From: an uncultured bacterium | GTDB taxonomy: Bacteria > Eisenbacteria > RBG-16-71-46 > CAIMUX01 > WJJG01 | DNA length: 64,000 nt | Assembly: GCA_964585945.1 (NCBI GenBank) | Contig: CAZPGB010000032.1 | Coordinates: 3,980-67,979 of the forward strand | Reading direction: 5' to 3' | Shown here: positions 1 to 8,891 of the stretch, piece after piece | How the letters are laid out: each line of letters begins with the position of its first letter | Numbering within the stretch: the stretch's first letter is position 1 | Program-made: the position numbers and the translations under genes | Notes under the pieces: generated by a model | What the model was told of the DNA's origin: nothing | What the model saw: the letters and a program-made list of their open reading frames with translations, nothing else | Databases searched by the model: none

Positions 1-1910
1 ATCGTCCCGAATTCATCGCCGTCGAACCAGACGAGCGAAGCCTCGACGCCGCTGCTCCCGAAGTTGGTCAGCCAGACCAGGCCGTCTGGCGAGACGACCA
101 AAGGCCAGACCTGATCGCCCGGCAGACCCGAGTTGCTGGGGTGGAACCACTCGTGAGTGCCGCTCTCCGCATCGAGGCGGAAGAGCCCCTCTGTGCTTCC
201 GAGCCAGGCGACCCCATCAGGTGCTGCGGCCACGGTGGTCAGCACATCGTGCATGGGATTGAGCTCCGGGAGGTCGGTGTTCTGCCGTGAGTACCGATAA
301 ACGCCGTCGGTACGTACCACTTCGAGATTGGCGCAGGCCCAGACCGTGCCTGGGCGATCCGGGTCCTGAACGACATTGGCGCCCCATCCCGCGATCGGGA
401 CGGATTGGAATCCGACGCCGTCATGAAATCGGAGACTGAAATAGTTGCCGATCGTCCAGAGTCGGCCTTGCGAGTCTTCGACGAGCCCATCGGAGGTCGA
501 TCCGGTTTCCAGTGTGGTGTAGCTGGCGCCGTCCCACTCACGTAGGCCGTTGTTCGTAGGGTTGAACGCGACGTTGCCGGTCGATGAACGGTAAGCGATG
601 GCATCGGCGTTGTCGCACGGGAACGGCCAATCCTCGCCGAGCCCGTAGGTAAGGACGCTGTGGTTGCGCCAGCGCTGGCCGTCGAAGACGCCGATCCCGC
701 CTATGCCGGGACCCGCGTTTCCGGTCACCCATACGTCTCCGGTCGGGGCGAGATTGATGTCCCGCAGGAAGTTGTCGATCTGTCCGGTGTTCGTGATTCG
801 GTAACGCTGCCAGAATCCGGTTTCTGCATCCCGGCGGGCGCAACCGCCGTTGCCGGAGACCCAGACGTTGCCCGCCGAGTCCATGTCGATCGCGTAGGTG
901 AACCCACCCGGCCGCCAACTCCCAAGGTTCACCCAGGCGCTGCCGTCGAAGTGCCAGGCTTCACTGTTTCCGCCGACCAGAACAACCTGACGATCACCGA
1001 ACGCCCTGAAGGCGTCGAACGCGTAGAAGGCGAACGGTGGTTGGGGCGGGGTTACCCACGTTCCATCGGATTGCCGGTAGTCGAGCGAATAGCCCTGCCC
1101 GGGTTGAACGAACCGCAGCATCCAGCAGTTGCCCATCTCGTCGCAGGCGTCATCGTGCGGTATGCTCTGAATGTCGCCGGGATTGCCGCCGGTGGGCAGT
1201 TCGGTGAAGAGCTCGGTGTCGCTGTCGTAGCGGGCGATGCCGAAGTCATCCTCGACCCAGACGATGTAGTGACCGCCCGGTTTTGGCTGGACCGCGGCGC
1301 TTCTGGTCACGGTCCAACCCGGCCATCCGTTCTGGCTGGAGCCATAACCCCACACCTGCCAGGTGTCCACGCTCGGAATGTAGCGGGCCACGCCGCCGTT
1401 GTTGGGCCCGAGAGACCGCACGGCAAACCAGATGGATCCGTCGGGCGCGACGCTCACATCCATGGTGCGCCCGCCTGGAATGGGCGAGTTGGAGCTGTCG
1501 TAGCGTACCAAGGAGCTCGGTCCCACGGCGGGATCGTAGAAGAGCGCGCCACGCCAGGTGCCCATCCAGAGCCCCCCCTGCGCATCGGCGACGATGTCGC
1601 TGATGCGCGCCGCGCCGGTGTTCTCCGAGCTGCCAATGACCGGATAGTCGACATTGGAGTAGTTCACCCAGCGGTTCTCTTCCGCGATGAACACCGAGAA
1701 GCCGCCTTCTTCAAAGACGGGATCGTAGCCTCCGATGAAGGGTCGATCGTCGGGAGCGATCCAGAGGGCGTCGCTGTAGTCACCCATGACCCCCGTGTTA
1801 CCTGGACGGTAGTAGCGCCATGAGTAGTCCTGGGGCGGATCCGCCCAGACCAGCACTCCCGGCAACGTCAGACATGCCGCGAGGATGGAACTGCGAGCCA
1901 GAGGCGACAT
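1..1910 (-). CDS. Secreted beta-propeller repeat protein (Reg_prop-like blades). The C-terminus lies beyond the window start.
   Basis: A minus-strand frame is open from the ATG at 1908-1910 to position 1. It is not in the ORF track because it has no in-window stop, and no listed minus ORF uses this frame. GGAGG sits at 1920-1924. My translation starts MSPLARSSILAACLTLPGVLVWA (signal peptide) and carries recurring blade motifs (GGLWMGTWRGALFYD, DGSIWFAV, GNVWVSGNGG, DGVAWLGSTEGLFRL, DGLVWLTN). Confidence 0.7.
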   Translation of the reverse strand, partial: MSPLARSSILAACLTLPGVLVWADPPQDYSWRYYRPGNTGVMGDYSDALWIAPDDRPFIGGYDPVFEEGGFSVFIAEENRWVNYSNVDYPVIGSSENTGAARISDIVADAQGGLWMGTWRGALFYDPAVGPSSLVRYDSSNSPIPGGRTMDVSVAPDGSIWFAVRSLGPNNGGVARYIPSVDTWQVWGYGSSQNGWPGWTVTRSAAVQPKPGGHYIVWVEDDFGIARYDSDTELFTELPTGGNPGDIQSIPHDDACDEMGNCWMLRFVQPGQGYSLDYRQSDGTWVTPPQPPFAFYAFDAFRAFGDRQVVLVGGNSEAWHFDGSAWVNLGSWRPGGFTYAIDMDSAGNVWVSGNGGCARRDAETGFWQRYRITNTGQIDNFLRDINLAPTGDVWVTGNAGPGIGGIGVFDGQRWRNHSVLTYGLGEDWPFPCDNADAIAYRSSTGNVAFNPTNNGLREWDGASYTTLETGSTSDGLVEDSQGRLWTIGNYFSLRFHDGVGFQSVPIAGWGANVVQDPDRPGTVWACANLEVVRTDGVYRYSRQNTDLPELNPMHDVLTTVAAAPDGVAWLGSTEGLFRLDAESGTHEWFHPSNSGLPGDQVWPLVVSPDGLVWLTNFGSSGVEASLVWFDGDEFGT

Positions 1911-2185
1911 GGGTGGAAACCTCCTGTGCTTCATGATGATGATCCGCGAGGTCGAACGTGATTGAATCTCGTTCCGGTCGCGGCTCTGCCCCTGCTCTGA
2001 TGAACTCTGATGAGCGAGGGTGAACGACGTCCACTACACTGTCGGCGCCGCACCGGGTTCCATTCCTGCAGCAGATGGTGAGCGCGGACAGCCCAGGAGG
2101 TAATGAAGTTGCGACCGGGGCTCGATCAGCCGAGGTCTCTACAGACAGTTGTGCTCCGAAGGGTCGATCGATGGGGCCCCGGCCG

Positions 2186-5100
2186 CTACCCCTCATCCTC
2201 CCCGGGCAACAGCTCACCCAGATCGCCCACCACCACATCGGCGCCGTTGCGTTCCAGCTCATCGGCGCTGACGGCGCGGGCGACACCCAGCACGAGCCCG
2301 AATCCGCCTCGCTTGCCGGCTTGAACGCCGACCAGGGCGTCCTCGATCACCGCCGCGCGTTGAGGCTCGACGTCCAGCCGGCGGGCCGCCTCCAGGTACG
2401 TGTCCGGGGCGGGCTTGCCCTCCAACGCGAGCTCCTCGGCCACGTTGCCGTCCACCTGCGCGTCGAATTCCCCGGCGATGCCCGCCGCCTCGAGGGTGAG
2501 CTCGGCATTGGTGCTCGAGGTCACGACGGCGGTGCGGAAGCCTTCGCGACGCAGTCGCCGCAGCAGACGCACCGAGCCATCATAGGCCCGCACGCCCTCG
2601 CGTTCGATCACTTCGTGAACCATGGCGTTCTTGCGGTTGCCCAGTCCCCATTCGGTCTCCGCGTCAGGGGAGTCATCAGGGTGACCGGCCGGCAGGGAAA
2701 TGCCGCGCGACGCCAGGAAGTCATGCACCCCGGCCTGGCGCGGCTTGCCGTCGACATGCAGCAAGTAGTCGGTGCCGATCTCGAACGGGCGAAACGGCTC
2801 ACCCCGTCGTTCGGCCCGGTCCTTCAGATAGGCGTCGAACATCAGCTTCCACGCGCGCGCGTGCACCTGCGCGGTGGCGGTGAGGACGCCGTCCATGTCG
2901 AAGAGGACGGCATCCAGACGCTCACGCGTGAGGGTGGTCTCCAGGCTGATCCGCGGGCGTGGAACAGGTCGTTCGATGTCCAGCGTCATGGGCTGACCGG
3001 TCTCCAAGATCACCTCGCGACCTTGATGGCGAATGGACAGGGCAGCCCCGGAATGCAGCTCATAGGTGACACGATCGCGTTCGATATCGACCGTCAGCTC
3101 GCGCCCCTTGATGGTCAACGGGAACTTCAGTCCTTCCCACTGCACGGGTAGGCGCGGATCGAAGGAAAGCAGGCCGTCGTGGTCGCGCATGCCGGCGAAG
3201 CCATAGGTCAGCGTCATCCAGGTGCCGCCGATGGCGGCCACGTGCACCCCGTCGCGCACGTTGCCGCCGATGTCGGCCAGATCCATGAGCACCGCGTACC
3301 GGAAGTACTCGAAGGCCTCCTCGTAGTATCCGATCTCGGAGGCCACGATGCTCTGGATGCACACCGAGAGCGAGGAGTCGCCTGTGGTCAGCGGGTCGTA
3401 GTAGTCGAAGTTGCGTCGCTTCTCCGCCAAGGTGAAGTGGCTGCCTTGCAGAAAGAGGGCCATGACCACGTCGGCTTGCTTGATCACGCGATGACGGTAG
3501 ATCACGAGCGGATGGTAGTGAAGCAGGAGCGGATAGTTCTCGGAGGGCGTGCTCTCGAGGTCCCAGCGCTGCTTCTCCAGGAAGCTGTCGTCTTGCAGAT
3601 GAATGCCGCGCGTCTCGTTGTAGGGCACCTCCATGGCCTCGGCGGCCTGTTCCCAGGACGTCGCCTCTTCTTCCACGAACCCGGTGCGGTCGACCAAGGC
3701 CGCGTAGCGCTCAGGCTGGTCGTCTTTCAGGGCACGCAGCACCGCCGCCGCGTACCGTAGGTTGTCCTGCGCCATCAGATTCGTAAACAGGTTGTTGTTG
3801 ACCACCGTGTTGTACTCGTCGGGTCCTGTCACACCGTTGATGCAGAAGCGTCCGCCGCGTTGCTCGGAGAAGAAGCCCAGGCCCATCCACAGCCGGGCTG
3901 TCTCGACCAGGATCTCCGCGCCGTGCGAGGCGAGGAAGTGCGTGTCGTGGGTCACCTGAACGTACTTGCGCAATGCGTAGACGATGTCAGCGTTGATGTG
4001 ATACTGGGCCGTACCGGCGGCATAGTAGGCGGAGGCCTCCTCGCCGTTGATCGTGCGCCAGGGAAAGAGGGCGCCTCGCTCACCCACGTCGCGGGCACGC
4101 CTGCGTGCGGCGTCCAGCATGCCATGTCGAAACCGCAACAACTCGCGTGCGATGCGCGGCGCGGTGTAAACCAGGAAGGGCAGCACATAGATCTCGGTGT
4201 CCCAGAAGTAGTGTCCATCGTACGTGGTGCCGGTGAGGCCGCGGGCGCCGATGCCGGCGCCCTCCACCCGTGCGGATGCCTGCAGGAGCTGGAAGAGGTT
4301 CCAGCGGACGGATTGCTGCACGCGCTGATCCCCACGTATCTCTACGTCGCTGCGCCGCCAGAAGTCAGCCACGTAGCGTTCTTGACCGGTCCGGAGGTCC
4401 TGCCACCCGTCCTGCCGCACGCGATCGAGAGTTCGCTCCGCACGCTCGGCCAACTCCTCGCCCGAAGCCGTGTGCGATGTGTGGTAGGTGATGTACTTGA
4501 TCAGGCGGAAGGTCTGTCCCGGCTGTGCCCGGAAAGAATAGGCGATGTGCGTGCGGTCGTCCTCGCAATGGGGCTCGGTGGCGATGTCCGCCTCGCACTC
4601 GACCAAATGCTCGGCGCCGCAGGCGATCGTCATCCCGCTACTGCGCGTGCGGTGAGCAAGCAGAAGACGTGCGCCGTCGTTCCGCTGGAGCAAGGGGATG
4701 AGGACACGCTCGTCGAATCCGCGGGCGCGTCGTGGATCGCCGTCCTGTTCGTTCGTGTGGCTGGGAACCTCCACCTCGGAGATGACGGTCACGGGCGCCT
4801 CGTCGTCCTCGACGGTCACCTCGTACTCCACGGCGGCCAGGTGACGATGCACGAAGGATACGAGACGGGTGGAGCGTATGCTCACGCGTTTTCCGGCCGG
4901 GGTCTCCCAGAGCAGGGCGCGCTTCAGCACGCCCACGCGCATGTCCAGGATGCGCTGGTATTCCAGCAGATGGGCGTGTTCGAGCGTGAAGGGCTCGTCG
5001 TCCACGAAGAGGCGGACGGTCTTGGCGTCGGCCACGTTGAGCATCGTCTGGCCCGTTTCCGCGAATCCGTAGGCGGTTTCTCCGTAGCGGATCGGCCAGG

Positions 5101-5308
5101 TCTCGTGGAAGCCGTTGATGAAGGTACCGCGCTGGAATACGGGGCGGTTCTCCTCGAAAGCGCCGCGGATGCCCAAATAGCCGTTCGACAGCGCGAAGAG
5201 CGTCTCGCATTGCTCGAGGTAGCGGGGCGCAAGGCGCTTCTCGATGATGCGCCAGGTGTCGACGGGGAACATGTACTCTGGAGCGATCTTGGGTTCGCGA
5301 TGCAACAT
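2186..5308 (-). CDS. Glycoside hydrolase family 65 disaccharide phosphorylase fused to a HAD beta-phosphoglucomutase domain
   Basis: Single 1081-aa ORF. The N-terminal ~800 aa is GH65-like (FALSNGYLGIRGAFEE, GARGLTGTTYDGHYFWDTEIYVLPFL). The C-terminal ~230 aa is beta-PGM-like (LDAVLFDMDGVLT, GKPAPDTYLEAARRL, VIEDALVGVQAGKRGG). I trimmed the start to the ATG at 5306-5308 (MLHREPK...), which has GAGGTGG just upstream. Confidence 0.9.
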   Translation of the reverse strand: MLHREPKIAPEYMFPVDTWRIIEKRLAPRYLEQCETLFALSNGYLGIRGAFEENRPVFQRGTFINGFHETWPIRYGETAYGFAETGQTMLNVADAKTVRLFVDDEPFTLEHAHLLEYQRILDMRVGVLKRALLWETPAGKRVSIRSTRLVSFVHRHLAAVEYEVTVEDDEAPVTVISEVEVPSHTNEQDGDPRRARGFDERVLIPLLQRNDGARLLLAHRTRSSGMTIACGAEHLVECEADIATEPHCEDDRTHIAYSFRAQPGQTFRLIKYITYHTSHTASGEELAERAERTLDRVRQDGWQDLRTGQERYVADFWRRSDVEIRGDQRVQQSVRWNLFQLLQASARVEGAGIGARGLTGTTYDGHYFWDTEIYVLPFLVYTAPRIARELLRFRHGMLDAARRRARDVGERGALFPWRTINGEEASAYYAAGTAQYHINADIVYALRKYVQVTHDTHFLASHGAEILVETARLWMGLGFFSEQRGGRFCINGVTGPDEYNTVVNNNLFTNLMAQDNLRYAAAVLRALKDDQPERYAALVDRTGFVEEEATSWEQAAEAMEVPYNETRGIHLQDDSFLEKQRWDLESTPSENYPLLLHYHPLVIYRHRVIKQADVVMALFLQGSHFTLAEKRRNFDYYDPLTTGDSSLSVCIQSIVASEIGYYEEAFEYFRYAVLMDLADIGGNVRDGVHVAAIGGTWMTLTYGFAGMRDHDGLLSFDPRLPVQWEGLKFPLTIKGRELTVDIERDRVTYELHSGAALSIRHQGREVILETGQPMTLDIERPVPRPRISLETTLTRERLDAVLFDMDGVLTATAQVHARAWKLMFDAYLKDRAERRGEPFRPFEIGTDYLLHVDGKPRQAGVHDFLASRGISLPAGHPDDSPDAETEWGLGNRKNAMVHEVIEREGVRAYDGSVRLLRRLRREGFRTAVVTSSTNAELTLEAAGIAGEFDAQVDGNVAEELALEGKPAPDTYLEAARRLDVEPQRAAVIEDALVGVQAGKRGGFGLVLGVARAVSADELERNGADVVVGDLGELLPGEDEG

Positions 5309-5582
5309 GAGGGCCACCTCGTGGGTTGGGCTCCCGCACAGCATGATGAGTATCGCAGGGTGGGGAGAACCCCGATCCGAGCTTCGTAATGGGCTGCAGT
5401 GCGACGGCGGTCCCCTATGGGGCATCATCACTGCTGCGCCTCAAGGGCCAACATACGGTGGTGGGAAGCGTTCCGCAACAACCGGGTAACACCACCGCCG
5501 ACCTTCAGCCCCGGGCGGATCGGCGCCCCAGAGCCATCCGCCGCGAGGGCGCCGGACGTGAACTCGACCATGGGAGGTGGAC

Positions 5583-6389
5583 ATGAGCTCCAGCGCGGAC
5601 ACAATCATTCTGCTCACGGGCTGCAACAGCGGCATCGGCCGGGCCGCCGCAAGCCGCCTGGCCGATCGCGGTGTGCGCCTGATCCTGCACGCCCGCACGC
5701 CCGAAAAGGCCGCGCGCGTTCGCGACGAGGTGGCCTCCGAAACGGGCAATCCCCATCTGGAGACGGTCTCCGCCGATCTGGCCTCAAGCGAGGCGATCCG
5801 GGATATGGCCGCGCACATCCGCGAAACCTACGATCGTCTGGATGTGCTGATCAACAATGCCGGTCTGCCAGGCGGCCAGGAGCACACCTGGAGGGTGAAC
5901 GTGGTGGCGCCGTTTCTACTCGCGCACGAGCTAGAGTCTCTGCTGGCCGCGGCAGCCGGTGGCGCGCGGGTGGTCAACGTGGCCAGTGCCGCGCAGACCC
6001 CGATCGACATCGAGGCTTTGCCCGAAGAGGCCGGCGCCGAAGGCCCCCGTTCCTATGGCGCCAGCAAGCTGGCCCTGGTGATGCTGTCCTTCGAGATGGC
6101 CGAACGCTGGCGCGGCGACGGCATCCGCGTCAACGCCCTGCATCCGGGTACCCTGCTCAACACCCGTATGGTTCGGGAGCACTACGGCGCCCCGCAGGGC
6201 AGTCCGGATCAGGGCGCCGCGATGATCGAGAGGCTCGCCCTCGCCGACGACCTGACGGACACGACCGGAGAGTACTTTGACGAGCAGGCGCCCGCGCGCG
6301 CGGGGCAGCAGGCCTACGAGCCCGAGACGCGCCGTCGCCTGTGGGAGATCACCGCCCGCATGGCGGGGATCTCGGGAGTGCCGGCCTAG
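5583..6389 (+). CDS. Short-chain dehydrogenase/reductase (SDR)
   Basis: Rossmann motif LLTGCNSGIGRAAA, then NNAG and the catalytic YGASKLAL. ATG at 5583 is preceded by GGGAGGTGG. The track starts the ORF at GTG 5577. Confidence 0.85.
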   Translation: MSSSADTIILLTGCNSGIGRAAASRLADRGVRLILHARTPEKAARVRDEVASETGNPHLETVSADLASSEAIRDMAAHIRETYDRLDVLINNAGLPGGQEHTWRVNVVAPFLLAHELESLLAAAAGGARVVNVASAAQTPIDIEALPEEAGAEGPRSYGASKLALVMLSFEMAERWRGDGIRVNALHPGTLLNTRMVREHYGAPQGSPDQGAAMIERLALADDLTDTTGEYFDEQAPARAGQQAYEPETRRRLWEITARMAGISGVPA

Positions 6390-6437
6390 GCCTCCGGACT
6401 TCCTCACACCGCACGGCACGCTTCTATTCCTCGGGGG

Positions 6438-6647
6438 CTAGGGTCGACGCCCCTTGAGCGTTTGGAGCACCTCGGCGGCGTGGCCGTTGTTTGGATTGAG
6501 TGCCAGCGACTTCTCGTAGTGTGCAACCGCGTTCTCGGTGTCGCCCGCCTTGAGGTAGGCCTCCGCCATGCTGTCGTAGACGTTCCAGGACTCGGGGAAT
6601 GATTCGCTGTTGAACCGGAAGACCTCGATGGCATCAACGGCAAGCAC
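6438..6647 (-). pseudogene. Orphan C-terminal TPR tail, probably the 3' remnant of a larger gene
   Basis: The 69 codons read AIEVFRFNSESFPESWNVYDSMAEAYLKAGDTENAVAHYEKSLALNPNN. From memory, this TPR pair ends many serine-hydrolase-type proteins. An in-frame TGA lies only 3 codons upstream of the GTG start, so no N-terminal body is present. Confidence 0.4.
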
Positions 6648-6699
6648 CTCGGATAATCATGTCTCCCCTCCCGCATCATTGCCAATAGGCCCACTCGGA

Positions 6700-7782
6700 G
6701 CGTTCATGTTCTGGCACGCGGGCCTATCCGGCCGCATGACGGAGCCACGGGGAGGCATGGGATAGATGAGACACCGCAAGGCGCTGGATGGTTGCCTCGC
6801 GCGGCCGATTCAGGCCCATTACGACAGGTGAAGGCGAGGTCTGACGGCGAAATCCCAGGATCCGTCCAGTACGGGCACCCGTAGTGTGATGAGGCCGCCG
6901 GGACGCAAGGCCCGCCCTCGGAGCGACAGATTCAGCCGTCAAGGGTTGTGAGGGAACCGGGAAGCCGTCGTGCCGCCGGTGCACCAGGTTGAGATCGATT
7001 CGAGTGATTCGAATCCGGCCCTGGAGGAGCAAGCCGTCCTCAACACTCCCTCTTGCCGGTCGGGCCCTTCTCCATTCGATCACTCGAGCCAGGGGGCCCC
7101 AGATCGAAGCCCGCTCCCTCGGAGGATCTGCTGGAGACGTTCTTCTTCAATCGGTGCGTCCGTGAAGCTGCGCACGCTGCGGTGATTGCTGAGGCAGTCG
7201 AGAACGGCGTTGGACACCGAAGACCTCCTTCAGCGAGAGAACACACCTCACGGGCACCTGTTGGTGGTGCGAGTCTGGATTCGAGGACGGGACAGCAACG
7301 TCTACGAGGAGCAGGCTCCGTGTTGTTTCCTTGTGGTTTGGAGAAACGGGATGAGTTGCCCTATCAACCGCGGCGCACCCGGCGTCGATGGGATGACCAT
7401 CGAGGAGTTCCCAGCCTTCATGCGGACGCACTGGTCCGCCATCCGCACAGCCTTGCTGGACGGCAGCTATCAGCCGTCGCCGGTGAGGCGCAAGAGCATC
7501 CCCAGACCAGGGGGCCGCGGTGAGCGGCCGAACGCGAAAAGGCCAGTATGACGGGGTACCTGACCACGAAGCTCAGGCTCGTGGTCACGAGCAGAAGAGC
7601 CGGGTGTCGCGGACTGACGAATGCGCGACTGAAGAGACAGGGGCTGCTTTCGGTCCGCGATTGTGGATGGAGGCCCATGGCTACGCGCGAGTGCCGCCGT
7701 GTGCTCCATCATTGTGAGCCGCTCGGTGCGGACCCGCATGCCCGGTGGTGTGGGGGGGAAGTAGACACTCCCACCTACCCGA
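6700..7782 (+). mobile_element. Decayed, internally deleted group II intron. The 5' boundary is uncertain.
   Basis: Frame fragments of an intron-encoded RT/maturase are present. They are CPINRGAPGVDGMTIEEFPAFMRTHWSAIRTALLDGSYQPSPVRRKSIPRPGG (7340-7510, RT domain 0/1), TGYLTTKLRLVV, and LTNARLKRQGLLSVRD. Together they give roughly 150 aa instead of more than 400. A domain V/VI-like tail GAGCCGCTCGGTGCGGACCCGCATGCCCGGTGG...GGGGGGGAAGTAGACACTCCCACCTACCCGAT ends near 7782. Confidence 0.55.
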
Positions 7783-7792
7783 TTAGCCTTCT

Positions 7793-8173
7793 TCACTTCG
7801 CCTTCCGTCTGCGATAGCGCACCCCAGGCAGTCCCCTGAAGTCTGCGTCTTGCGTCCAGACCTCCGCCCCATCGGCCCAGGCGGTTGCCAGGATGATGCT
7901 GTCGGCCATGGGGAGCTTTCGCTCTGTACTTATCCGGGCGGCCATGATGGCCAGATTGCTGTCAAGATCGACGACGCGCCCCTGCTGCATGACCGCCACA
8001 GCCTGCAGGGCGGAGCCCTCGTCTCTCTGCTGGAGAATACGCTTGAAGACTTCGTACAGGGTCAAGGAGGGTACGAGCAGGTCGCGGGTCTTCTCGATGG
8101 CTGGCGCAAAGAAGCTGGCATTGGGGCCGTTCGCGAAGTACTCAAGCCACGCGCTCGAGTCAATCACGTTCAT
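7793..8173 (-). CDS. vapC: PIN-domain toxin VapC
   Basis: 126 aa with acidic PIN residues in the expected contexts (MNVIDSSAWLEYF, PSLTLYEV, MADSIILATA, VWTQDADF). It overlaps the upstream antitoxin gene by 4 nt. Confidence 0.9.
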   Translation of the reverse strand: MNVIDSSAWLEYFANGPNASFFAPAIEKTRDLLVPSLTLYEVFKRILQQRDEGSALQAVAVMQQGRVVDLDSNLAIMAARISTERKLPMADSIILATAWADGAEVWTQDADFRGLPGVRYRRRKAK

Positions 8174-8376
8174 ACTCGGTCCTTTTCCCGATCCACACGA
8201 GTATCGAGTCCCTTTAGGAAGCCTCTCATTTGCTTCGTCGGACGGACAGGAATGAGCACGATACGGTCGCCGTAGACCACCACCTGGATTTTCTGTCCTG
8301 GAGACAATCCGAGCTTCTCCCTAACCTCTTTTGGTATAACGACTTGATACTTGGGCGAGACAGTTACTGCCGCCAT
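8170..8376 (-). CDS. vapB: AbrB/SpoVT-MazE-fold antitoxin VapB
   Basis: 68 aa with a swapped-hairpin motif (KYQVVIPKEVREKLGLSPGQKIQVVVYGDRIVLIPV). Its stop overlaps the vapC start. Confidence 0.85.
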   Translation of the reverse strand: MAAVTVSPKYQVVIPKEVREKLGLSPGQKIQVVVYGDRIVLIPVRPTKQMRGFLKGLDTRVDREKDRV

Positions 8377-8385
8377 GTTCCCCCC

Positions 8386-8422
8386 ATCGATAATATCTAT
8401 GTAATACGCGTAGCCTATCGAT
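8386..8422 (-). promoter_or_regulatory. Candidate VapB operator (inverted repeat ATCGATA-N23-TATCGAT)
   Basis: The inverted heptamers at 8386-8392 and 8416-8422 lie 10-46 nt upstream of the vapB start, in a locally AT-richer stretch. Confidence 0.3.
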
Positions 8423-8891
8423 TCCCGATCCCCTTGTCAAGTCCAGCCGATGGCAGCAGCGCGTTCAGATTGACTCGACCACCCCTCCAGGGAAGTGCCC
8501 GCCGGGGCTCCTGGCAATGGTCTTCCTGAGCTAGGAGGCTCGCCTTGCCGTGCTCCTCTTGATAGCAACATGCTATGGGTGATCCGATTCCCATGGATCT
8601 CTGTGTCGTTCTTTTGGTGTCGATCAACACAGGCGCATGCGTGATCACACTCATTCGAATTGGGCCAAATCAGAGGTTCTCGAACCGATTCGAAGCATCT
8701 TGGGCCCATTCGAGCGCAAGTTCAGTATCTCGTTTTGCGCAAGGGGCTTAGAGCGCCACAGCCCGCCTCTTCGTGCCCTGGCCATACCTCCGGGCTGCTC
8801 GTGCCCAGGGGCCGGTGGATCGTCACCGAGCAAACACTAGGCCCTCTGTCCGCGTCTAGTAGACTGGAAAAGCCCCCCGAAAGGAGATGTT

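Noticed and set aside
660-1823. 387-aa plus-strand ORF
   Set aside because: It is antisense to the open minus-strand propeller gene. Its Arg/Gly/Pro/Val-rich composition is typical of off-frame reading in GC-rich DNA, and it has no recognisable motif.
5309-5431. Extra 41 N-terminal codons of the GH65 fusion ORF
   Set aside because: GH65 similarity starts right after the internal Met (MLHREPKIAPEYMFPVDTW), which has an SD-like GAGGTGG. The extension is Pro/Ser/Arg-rich.
6990-7300. tRNA/tmRNA-like strings (gattcgaatcc at ~7003; tctggattcgaggacggga at ~7273)
   Set aside because: The flanks of the TTCGAAT loop are not complementary, so there is no T-stem. There is also no acceptor stem or CCA context. 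Both strings lie inside the group II intron remnant, so I treat them as chance resemblance.
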